Notes under the pieces: generated by a model
The model's input: the letters and a program-made list of their open reading frames with translations, nothing else
The model's database searches: none
Told to the model about the DNA's origin: nothing
Source: a virus
Taxonomy: Duplodnaviria > Heunggongvirae > Uroviricota > Caudoviricetes
IMG/VR virus record: IMGVR_UViG_3300031857_016701
Coordinates: 1 to 64,000 of that record
Length of the DNA: 64,000 nucleotides
Reading direction: 5' to 3' (one strand)
Made by a program: the position numbers and the translations under genes
Shown: positions 9,134 through 16,673 of the stretch, in pieces
Numbering within the stretch: the first letter of the stretch is position 1
Layout: every line of letters starts with the position of its first letter

Positions 9134-9382
9134 ATGACTGCATCATTCTATAAGACAGTATATCAACGCAAATTCAACGAATTGCCACGATGGAAAAAGC
9201 TGGCAATCGTAGAAGATAGTGAAAGAAACAATTGGAGTGGTCTATTAACAGAATTTATTAAAGCCGTAATTGAAGAAGCAGAAAAGGATTACGCAAATTC
9301 CAAATCAACCGTTGTATCTCCATCTGGTCAATACGAAACAGTTCCACAAACGACTTCAAATTCTTTTAAGAAAAAGAATTGA
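9134..9382 (+). CDS. hypothetical protein (82 aa)
   Basis: ORF. Confidence 0.3.
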   Translation: MTASFYKTVYQRKFNELPRWKKLAIVEDSERNNWSGLLTEFIKAVIEEAEKDYANSKSTVVSPSGQYETVPQTTSNSFKKKN

Positions 9383-9415
9383 CTTTTTCTAAAATCATGA
9401 TAAATTGATTTCAAG

Positions 9416-9949
9416 ATGAATGTTTTGGATCATTTGAAGAGTTCGTCAGTTGACGATATTAAGTCCTATTGTAAGTCCACTTCCATTAACGCAGGTGTCG
9501 CAATGATGCATGTTAATGGTGACTTTAATCTATCTACTCTTGTTCGTAACGCCAATTTCTTTGGTTTTAAGGAAGCATTTTATGTAGGTGGTAGCAAGCA
9601 ATGGGATCGTCGTGGTACTGTTGGTACTCATCACTATACTGACTTAAAACATATTAAGACTGAAGAAGACTTTGTTACTTATATTAAGGATAATAATTAT
9701 ACACTAATTGCTGTAGAAAACAATATTCCCAAGTATAGTGACAAGACTGTATCTATCTTCAATCAATGGGTATTTACTGGTGTTGATAAGCCAATGTTTG
9801 TGTTTGGCGAAGAAAAGAGTGGATTGAGCGATTATATTCTTGACAACGCAGAATTTATCGTAACCATTCCAGCTTTTGGAAGCGTTCGTTCACTGAATGT
9901 TGGCACCACCAGCGGAATCGTGATGGCACATTACAGAAATAATTTTTGA
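9416..9949 (+). CDS. SpoU/TrmH-family (SPOUT) RNA 2'-O-methyltransferase
   Basis: SPOUT motifs: NxxxxxRxAxxFG (NLSTLVRNANFFG), FVFGEEKSGLS, SLNVGTTSGIVM. Confidence 0.6.
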   Translation: MNVLDHLKSSSVDDIKSYCKSTSINAGVAMMHVNGDFNLSTLVRNANFFGFKEAFYVGGSKQWDRRGTVGTHHYTDLKHIKTEEDFVTYIKDNNYTLIAVENNIPKYSDKTVSIFNQWVFTGVDKPMFVFGEEKSGLSDYILDNAEFIVTIPAFGSVRSLNVGTTSGIVMAHYRNNF

Positions 9950-9956
9950 AAAACCC

Positions 9957-9984
9957 TTGACGTTTTCCAAATCTAAGGTATAGT
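9957..9984 (+). promoter_or_regulatory. sigma70-like promoter (TTGACG-16-TATAGT) upstream of the NAD island
   Basis: Hexamers in a 114 nt intergenic gap before the NMNAT-Nudix gene. Confidence 0.4.
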
Positions 9985-10063
9985 TATGAATGTAGGGGAG
10001 ATAAGATTCAATAAGTCTTCACTACAATAAATCAAAAAAACATAGAAAGGTATAGATAAAACT

Positions 10064-11020
10064 ATGAAAGAAAAAGTTACAAAGGCTACTGATGTAGCTG
10101 TAATCGTTGGTCGTTTCCAGGTTAATGAACTCCATGAAGCTCATATTGACCTAATCACTTCAGTTCTGAATAAACATGACCGTGTGCTTTTGTTCTTGGG
10201 AAATAGCACTATCCGTAATACACTCAACAATCCTCTTGATTATCGTGCAAGACGTACAATGATTGCTGATAAGTTCCCCACAGTAGAGATTCATTATATC
10301 AATGATAATCCTTCTGATACTGCATGGACCAAGAATCTTGATAAGTTGATTGGTGAACAGTTGTTGCCAATGCAGACTGTTACACTATATGGTTCCCGTG
10401 ATAGTTTCTTGAAGTGTTATACTGGTAAGTACACTACTTGTGAGCTAGAAGCAACCACTTTTATTAGTGGTACAGAAGTTCGTCGTCGTGTATGTAACAA
10501 TTATCCTCCCACTGCAGATTATAGGGCTGGTATGATTGCTGCTACTGCATATCGTTTTCCTACAGCATTTCAGACTGTTGATATTGCTGTTGTAAATGAT
10601 AAGGGTGAACTGCTTTTGGCTCGTAAACCAGAAGAAAAGAAGTGGCGGTTTATTGGTGGATTTAGTGATCCTGCTTCTGTTTCTCTTGAAGAAGATGCTA
10701 AACGGGAAGTACAGGAAGAAGCTGGTGTAGAAGTTGGTAATATCACTTATCTTGGTTCTACACTTATCAATGACTGGCGTTACCGTGGAGAAATTGATAA
10801 GATTAAGACTGCATTGTTTGTTGCCAAGTATGTATTTGGCAAACCGGAGGGTGCAGATGATGTTGCAGAAGTGAAGTGGGTATCTATTAACAATTTGACT
10901 AAAAATGATATTGTTGAAACCCACCATGTTCTGATTGATATGTTCAATGAAAAGTTTGGAGCCAACCGGGAACTTCAGGAAAAGTTCTTCAAGCCAAATT
11001 TTGATGGAAAAATGCCTTGA
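10064..11020 (+). CDS. natV: bifunctional NMN adenylyltransferase / Nudix ADP-ribose pyrophosphatase (NatV/NadM-Nudix type)
   Basis: N-terminal nucleotidyltransferase with a GRFQ...H...H (HxGH-type) motif. C-terminal Nudix box (GGFSDPASVSLEEDAKREVQEEAGV). Confidence 0.75.
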   Translation: MKEKVTKATDVAVIVGRFQVNELHEAHIDLITSVLNKHDRVLLFLGNSTIRNTLNNPLDYRARRTMIADKFPTVEIHYINDNPSDTAWTKNLDKLIGEQLLPMQTVTLYGSRDSFLKCYTGKYTTCELEATTFISGTEVRRRVCNNYPPTADYRAGMIAATAYRFPTAFQTVDIAVVNDKGELLLARKPEEKKWRFIGGFSDPASVSLEEDAKREVQEEAGVEVGNITYLGSTLINDWRYRGEIDKIKTALFVAKYVFGKPEGADDVAEVKWVSINNLTKNDIVETHHVLIDMFNEKFGANRELQEKFFKPNFDGKMP

Positions 11021-11097
11021 CTTCGGGTGGAGTCTAGGGTAAAGTATTAAAAGTAAAGATTAAGGTACAGATAAAAATCATTACAGAAAGAAAAATT

Positions 11098-12495
11098 ATG
11101 AATAAAAACATTTGTTTGACTACGGATTCTTATAAGTTGAATCATTGGAATCAATATCCCAAGGGCACAGAAAAGGTTTATAGTTACTTTGAATGCCGTA
11201 AGGGATCTAAGTTTGCTGAAACTCCTTTCTTTGGACTTCAGTATATTATTAAGAACCACCTTGAAGGTGTTGTTGTGACCCGTCAGAAGATTGAGAATGC
11301 TGCTAAGGTGTGTAAGGCACATTTTGGTGATGAAAAGTATTTCAACCGTGAAGGTTGGGAATATGTTCTTAACAATTATGAAGGCAAGTTGCCTGTTGTT
11401 ATCAAGGCAGTTGAAGAAGGAACTGTTGTTCCTATCAACAATGTGCTTATGACTATTGAAAATACTGGCGGTGAAAAGACTGCTTGGTTGACCAATTTCC
11501 TTGAAACTATTTTGTCACAGGTTTGGTATCCTATTACAGTTGCTGCTTTGTCCCGTGAAGTGAAGGTTAATATCAAGGAATATCTTGATTTGACCAGTGA
11601 TGGTGGATTGCTTAACTTTGGTCTTCATGACTTTGGTTTCCGTGGAGCTAGCTCTTGGGAATCTGCTGGTATCGGGGGGGCTGCCCACTTGATTAACTTC
11701 TTGGGAACTGATACTGTTGTTGCTATGGAAGTGGCAATGAATTACTATAACGCTAATCTTGACGGTTTGGCATATAGTGTTGCTGCTACTGAACACTCTG
11801 TTATGACCGCACTTGGTAAGAATGGTGAAGAACAGGTTGTTGAGAATCTGTTGAATGAGTATCCTACTGGTATTCTGTCTGTTGTATCTGACAGCTATGA
11901 TATCTACAACTTTGTTGACAATATTGTTGGAAACAAGTTTAAGGTCCGTATTCTTGCCCGTGATGGTGTATTTGTAGTTCGTCCGGATTCTATTACTCCT
12001 ACTCACCCAACTCCTGAAGCAGAAATGGTTTGGATTATGCATAGTCTTTGGGATAACTTTGGTGGCACTATTAACAGCAAGGGTTATTGTGTTATCAATC
12101 CAAAGGTTCGTGTTCTTTGGGGTGACGGAATTGATATTGAAGGAATCAAGAAGATTCTGTATGCTGTTACCAAGGCTGGATTTGCAACTGAGAACATTGC
12201 TTGTTTTGGTATGGGTGGTGGATTGTTGCAGAAGGTTAACCGTGATACTCAGCGTTGTGCTTTTAAGTGTAGTGCTCAGTATCGTGATGGTCAGTGGTAT
12301 GACATTCAGAAGAATCCCAAGGATGTTTCCAAGGTTTCTAAGAAGGGTATTCTCAAGTTGATTAAGGTTGATGGTGAATTTGTTACTGTCAATGAAAATG
12401 AACCGGGAGAAGATTATTTGAAGGTTGTTTTTGAGAATGGTGTACTTGTCAAGGAAATTGATTTTGATACCGTTCGTAAAAATGCCGCTTTGTAA
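11098..12495 (+). CDS. nadV: nicotinamide phosphoribosyltransferase (NAMPT/NadV family; may act as a Namat-type enzyme)
   Basis: 465 aa with strong NAMPT-family similarity throughout (GLHDFGFRG, GTDT). Adjacent to the NMNAT gene. Confidence 0.8.
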   Translation: MNKNICLTTDSYKLNHWNQYPKGTEKVYSYFECRKGSKFAETPFFGLQYIIKNHLEGVVVTRQKIENAAKVCKAHFGDEKYFNREGWEYVLNNYEGKLPVVIKAVEEGTVVPINNVLMTIENTGGEKTAWLTNFLETILSQVWYPITVAALSREVKVNIKEYLDLTSDGGLLNFGLHDFGFRGASSWESAGIGGAAHLINFLGTDTVVAMEVAMNYYNANLDGLAYSVAATEHSVMTALGKNGEEQVVENLLNEYPTGILSVVSDSYDIYNFVDNIVGNKFKVRILARDGVFVVRPDSITPTHPTPEAEMVWIMHSLWDNFGGTINSKGYCVINPKVRVLWGDGIDIEGIKKILYAVTKAGFATENIACFGMGGGLLQKVNRDTQRCAFKCSAQYRDGQWYDIQKNPKDVSKVSKKGILKLIKVDGEFVTVNENEPGEDYLKVVFENGVLVKEIDFDTVRKNAAL

Positions 12496-12542
12496 TTGAC
12501 AACAAAAAGGTTTACGGTTATCCTTTAAAACCGTTTTTATTT

Positions 12543-12998
12543 ATGATTACAAATATTGATATAAACATTTTTGATTGTGACGCACACGGTATTATTCATC
12601 AAGCCAATTGTCAAAATACCATGCAAAGTGGTATTGCCAGACAAATTAGGGACAAGTATCCGGAGGCATATGAAGCAGATTGTAAAACAGTTGCGGGTGA
12701 TATTAAAAAACTGGGTACATTCAGTTGGGTAAAGACACATGATGATAAGTATATCTACAATTGTTATAGCCAATTTAGGTATGGAAAAGAACAACGTCAT
12801 ACAAATTATGAAGCAATTTATACTGGGTTGTCATCCATTAAAGACCACGCAAGCAGTATTGAGTTGACTTCTTTAAGTTTGCCATATAATATGGGATGCG
12901 CATTGGGTGGAGGGTCTTGGAATATTGTCAGAGCTATAATTCAAGATGTTTTTTATGATTCTGATATCAACCTTTTCATCTGCAAATATAACCCCTAA
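12543..12998 (+). CDS. macro-domain protein (ADP-ribose binding/processing)
   Basis: Macro signatures IIHQANCQNTMQSGIARQI and PYNMGCALGGGSWNIV (Gly-rich ADPR loop). Size 151 aa. Confidence 0.65.
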   Translation: MITNIDINIFDCDAHGIIHQANCQNTMQSGIARQIRDKYPEAYEADCKTVAGDIKKLGTFSWVKTHDDKYIYNCYSQFRYGKEQRHTNYEAIYTGLSSIKDHASSIELTSLSLPYNMGCALGGGSWNIVRAIIQDVFYDSDINLFICKYNP

Positions 12999-13001
12999 TT
13001 T

Positions 13002-13964
13002 ATGAAGACTATCAAGTTATTTTCAGGAACCAGTAATCTACCATTGGCACAGAAGATTTCACAAAATCTGAATGAACCTCTTGGTAAGATTTATCACCAC
13101 AAGTTTCCAAGTGGTGAAACCTATTGTCAATTCAAGGAAAATATCCGTGGCAGTGATGTATTTTTGATTCAAGGTATTACCAATCCAGCAAATGAAAACT
13201 TGATGGAATTGCTTGTAATGTCAGATGCTGCTAGACGGGCTAGTGCAGAACGTATTACTGCGGTAATTCCTTATTTTGGTTATGCTCGTCAAGACCGTAA
13301 GGATAAGAGCCGTGTTCCTATTACTGCTCGTCTTGTAATGGATTTGATTGCTACTGCTGGTATTGATAGGGTGGTGACTATGGATTTGCATAGTCCACAA
13401 GTGGGTGGATTTACTAATCTGCCATTTGATCATCTTACATTTGAACCAGTATTGAGTGAATATTTTAGGACCAAGTATCATTCATTAGATTTTAGGGATA
13501 ATGTTGTATTGATGGCACCGGATGTTGGTGCGGTTAAACGAGTGGAAAAGTATGCGGACTTGTTAAAGTGTGATTTTGGTTTTATCAGTAAGAAGCGTGT
13601 AAGTGATACCAAGGTAGAACTACAAAATGTTGTGGGCAATGTAAAAGATAAACATGTAGTTATTGTTGATGACCTCACTGAAAGTCTGGGAACAATGGTT
13701 CAAGCAGCAAAAGAATGTAAGAAACAAGGTGCTGTCAAAGTAACTTGTTCAGTAACTCATGGTTGTTTGACGGAGACAGGTATTCATAGATTGGCAGAGT
13801 CTATCAATGTAATTGATGAATTTATTCATAGTAATACAACAAATACATGGGGTAGTATTGGATTTAAGCCATCTAATGTTACTGAATTGGATGTAAGCAA
13901 CTTATTTGCTAAGGCTATTCGTAGTATCAACAAGAATGAAAGTGTAAGTGAATTATTCGTATGA
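13002..13964 (+). CDS. prs: ribose-phosphate pyrophosphokinase (Prs) homologue. The ribose-5-P loop is diverged, so it may be an ADP-ribose pyrophosphokinase (Adps-like).
   Basis: Near full-length colinearity with Prs (NLMELLVMSDAARRASAERITAVIPYFGYARQDRK, DLHSPQVGGF). The canonical DDxIDTGGT loop reads DDLTESLGT. Confidence 0.75.
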   Translation: MKTIKLFSGTSNLPLAQKISQNLNEPLGKIYHHKFPSGETYCQFKENIRGSDVFLIQGITNPANENLMELLVMSDAARRASAERITAVIPYFGYARQDRKDKSRVPITARLVMDLIATAGIDRVVTMDLHSPQVGGFTNLPFDHLTFEPVLSEYFRTKYHSLDFRDNVVLMAPDVGAVKRVEKYADLLKCDFGFISKKRVSDTKVELQNVVGNVKDKHVVIVDDLTESLGTMVQAAKECKKQGAVKVTCSVTHGCLTETGIHRLAESINVIDEFIHSNTTNTWGSIGFKPSNVTELDVSNLFAKAIRSINKNESVSELFV

Positions 13965-14491
13965 AATATATTGAAGCTCCTACTAAGTATAAAAATAAAC
14001 CAGGTATACCCTCTCTATTTTTAGGAGGTGGAATTAGTTCATGCAAAGATTGGCAATCCAAGTTGGTTGAAAAGTTGACGGATTATAATGTTACTATTTA
14101 TAATCCCCGTCGTAACGACTTTGATATCAACAATCCAAAAGCTAGTGAAGAACAAATCAAGTGGGAACATAAGTATCTACATGATGTAAATATTCTAGTG
14201 TTTTACTTTGCAGAAGAAACACTATGTCCAATTACATTGTTTGAATTGGGTGCTGCATTGGAACGAAACACTTATGCTACAATCAAACAAGATATTTTGG
14301 TATATTGTGAACCAGAGTATAAACGTAAGTTTGATGTAGAACTACAAATCAAGCTTGCAGTGAAAAATGCTAATCAACTATCTAAAAATAATGATGTTGC
14401 AGATGATTTGTGTGTATCATTTCATGATGATTATAGTGATTTTGTAGATGAATTGAAAGCAATTGTTGATATTGCTCAAGTTTATGTTTAA
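13961..14491 (+). CDS. nucleoside 2-deoxyribosyltransferase / DNPH1 (Rcl)-like N-glycosidase family protein
   Basis: FLGGGISS matches the YFxGxIxGG phosphate-binding motif. FELGAAL matches the catalytic YELG Glu motif of DNPH1/NDT. Size 176 aa. Confidence 0.5.
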   Translation: MKYIEAPTKYKNKPGIPSLFLGGGISSCKDWQSKLVEKLTDYNVTIYNPRRNDFDINNPKASEEQIKWEHKYLHDVNILVFYFAEETLCPITLFELGAALERNTYATIKQDILVYCEPEYKRKFDVELQIKLAVKNANQLSKNNDVADDLCVSFHDDYSDFVDELKAIVDIAQVYV

Positions 14492-14539
14492 CAAATATAA
14501 TATTGATTTAGTATCTATATGTTGATATAGTATTAACGT

Positions 14540-14851
14540 ATGAATAAATTAGTAATTATTGGATTGTTGTTGTCGGTTACAAATCTAAATGCGGGTATCT
14601 TTGCCAAGAAAAAGTCTGGTAGAACATGTATTGTATGTAAAGAACAAATGGCTTGGACAGATGGACATTTACTTACATTCCAGAATTATTTGGATGAAGA
14701 TGGTAAACATAAAGTGGTAATCGTCAAAACAGACAATTGTGTAAAAGAAGTATATGCTAACAAAGATTTGTATCTAAAAAAGAAACCATCCATTTGGTCT
14801 ATTAAAGATAATAAACATGGTGTAAGCATCAAAGAATTATTTAAAAACTAA
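14540..14851 (+). CDS. hypothetical secreted protein (signal peptide)
   Basis: MNKLVIIGLLLSVTNLNAG N-terminus. Sits downstream of a TTGATT-17-TATAGT promoter-like site. Confidence 0.35.
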   Translation: MNKLVIIGLLLSVTNLNAGIFAKKKSGRTCIVCKEQMAWTDGHLLTFQNYLDEDGKHKVVIVKTDNCVKEVYANKDLYLKKKPSIWSIKDNKHGVSIKELFKN

Positions 14852-14852
14852 T

Positions 14853-15269
14853 ATGGAAAAACTAAATCGTAAAGGGTTTTTCTCCACCCTATTTGGAGGA
14901 ATCGCAGGTGTTGTTGCTGGTTCAACTGTTAAAGCATCAGAACCTATTGTACCAACACCACCAGTTGAAAATGTTGTTACTTGTGACAAATTGATATTCA
15001 CAACTAGTGATGGTGCTAGTTGTGTAATGCAGTTTAGAGACAATGATAACTTTGAAATACGTGTAAATAATAGTGAGAATATTTCAATCAATATTTGTTC
15101 ACCACTAAATAAACCAACTACAATCAAAGCAGAATCTTCACCAAACTCATATGAGTATAGACAACACTCATTTTATAATGAACCACGACAACGATTGGTA
15201 ATTGCTTCAAATGGTAATATTGGATTGGGCACTCATACTCCTACAGCAAAACTTGATATTTGTGGTTGA
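14853..15269 (+). CDS. hypothetical exported protein with an RK-FF / Gly-rich hydrophobic N-terminus
   Basis: NRKGFFSTLFGGIAGVVAGS leader. Confidence 0.3.
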   Translation: MEKLNRKGFFSTLFGGIAGVVAGSTVKASEPIVPTPPVENVVTCDKLIFTTSDGASCVMQFRDNDNFEIRVNNSENISINICSPLNKPTTIKAESSPNSYEYRQHSFYNEPRQRLVIASNGNIGLGTHTPTAKLDICG

Positions 15270-15519
15270 TAAGAATCATTGTTGTTATATAGTTATTTGT
15301 GGGGACAACACCCTCTATTGTGGTTATAGTAATGATGTTGAAAAACGAATTAGTAACCATAATAGGGGGTGTGGTGCTAAATATACTAAGACACGATTAC
15401 CAGTTAGATTAGTATATACAGAATGTTTTGATAGTAAGAGTGAAGCAATGAAGAGAGAGTATCAAATCAAACAATTGACCCGTCAACAAAAGTTAAAACT
15501 AATAAGTGAAAAACAATAA
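15202..15519 (+). CDS. small GIY-YIG nuclease (UPF0213/YhbQ-like). True start uncertain; a GTG at 15262 would remove the overlap.
   Basis: CYIVICGDNTLYCGYSNDVEKRISNHN is a GIY-YIG core, with a downstream conserved E (KSEAMKRE). Confidence 0.5.
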   Translation: MLQMVILDWALILLQQNLIFVVDKNHCCYIVICGDNTLYCGYSNDVEKRISNHNRGCGAKYTKTRLPVRLVYTECFDSKSEAMKREYQIKQLTRQQKLKLISEKQ

Positions 15520-16006
15520 AGCATTTACATTAATAGAATTGGTATTAGCCATAACCATATTGCTTGGTATTATTGGTGCAATTGTTATTAACTATGATAG
15601 TTTGGTGGGCAATACCAGATATTTTGAAGCTAGAGAAAACTTAAAGACACTATTGATTAATCTCAAACATCAATCAGCATTTCAACAAAAGGAATTTGAA
15701 CTTACATTTGATGAAAATTATAATATGTACAGTACATTTGACGATTTCTATTTATTGGATGCTGTCACAAATGACTTGAAGATACTTGAATCAAGTTCTA
15801 CCAAAATTGTGTTTTTTCTTGACGGAAGCGTACAAGAGAGTTATATTGTTACTAGCAACTTGGAGGGAACCATCACCAACAAATTTATTATTAATGTTAT
15901 TGGTGGGGTAAATTACGAGGGTACAACAAATATTGTTTTAGAAAAAAATGAATCTAATTTACAAACAGACCAACAACCAGAAGTTCCACGTATTGACTCC
16001 GAATAA
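15506..16006 (+). CDS. type IV pilin / pseudopilin-like protein with a class III (prepilin) signal
   Basis: N-terminus MKNNKA-FTLIELVLAITILLGIIGAIV: a basic leader, Phe+1, Glu+5, then a hydrophobic helix. Size 166 aa. Confidence 0.6.
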   Translation: MKNNKAFTLIELVLAITILLGIIGAIVINYDSLVGNTRYFEARENLKTLLINLKHQSAFQQKEFELTFDENYNMYSTFDDFYLLDAVTNDLKILESSSTKIVFFLDGSVQESYIVTSNLEGTITNKFIINVIGGVNYEGTTNIVLEKNESNLQTDQQPEVPRIDSE

Positions 16007-16028
16007 TCATTTAGTTGGTGAACTTATT

Positions 16029-16184
16029 ATGGATGTTGACGGTTATTTCTATTTTTGGCCAAGTAACGATGGTTGCTGGCCGTCACATATAATGCGTTCT
16101 ATTGCTAACAAGTTGGATGATATCAACAAGCCTTGGAATGATGAAGTCACTGAATATTTCGATAAAGAAAAGATTATACTATGA
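16029..16184 (+). CDS. hypothetical small protein (start trimmed to MDVDGYF)
   Basis: ORF. The track version starts at 15948 and overlaps the pilin-like gene. Confidence 0.25.
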   Translation: MDVDGYFYFWPSNDGCWPSHIMRSIANKLDDINKPWNDEVTEYFDKEKIIL

Positions 16185-16672
16185 AAGCGATTATTGCGAT
16201 GGCAGAAAATAGGGTTATAGGCAAGAATGGTGGATTGCCATGGCCAAGTATCAAGGAGGATTTTAAGCACTTTAAAGAATTTACAATGGGTAATACACTT
16301 ATTGTGGGTAAAAATACATTTGATACATTACCACTTCTAAAAAATAGAGAATGTCTTGTACTAGTCAAAGAAGACAAAATAATGGCAGCGAATCCAAATC
16401 AATATCTAGTAAACAATAATTCTATGACGGGTAAACTGATTACGATGACAGATATTGAATCTTATAGTCAATTTAGAAAAGACTATTTGATTGTTGCTGG
16501 TGGTGCTAAAACTTATATTAATTTGTTACCATACATTACAGAGTTTTATGTTACGCATGTAAATGGTAAATATGATGGTGATACATTTATGCCACCATTT
16601 GAAGATTTGTTTACACATAAAGAAGTTGTAAAAGAATTTGACCTACACAAAGTTATAATGTATACTAAATGA
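16181..16672 (+). CDS. folA: dihydrofolate reductase
   Basis: MKAIIAMAENRVIGKNGGLPW N-terminal DHFR signature. Size 163 aa. Immediately upstream of thymidylate synthase. Confidence 0.8.
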   Translation: MKAIIAMAENRVIGKNGGLPWPSIKEDFKHFKEFTMGNTLIVGKNTFDTLPLLKNRECLVLVKEDKIMAANPNQYLVNNNSMTGKLITMTDIESYSQFRKDYLIVAGGAKTYINLLPYITEFYVTHVNGKYDGDTFMPPFEDLFTHKEVVKEFDLHKVIMYTK

Positions 16673-16673
16673 T

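Noticed and set aside
12497-12535. Weak hairpin ACGGTT-9 nt-AACCGT plus T-run after nadV, considered as a terminator
   Set aside because: The stem is only 6 bp. A TTGACA -35-like box overlaps it. It is probably a weak attenuator at best, so it is not listed as a feature.
14853-15269. RK-FF N-terminus considered as a twin-arginine (Tat) signal
   Set aside because: The motif is RK rather than RR and the flanking consensus (S/T-RR-x-FLK) is not met. It is left as a generic exported/hydrophobic N-terminus.
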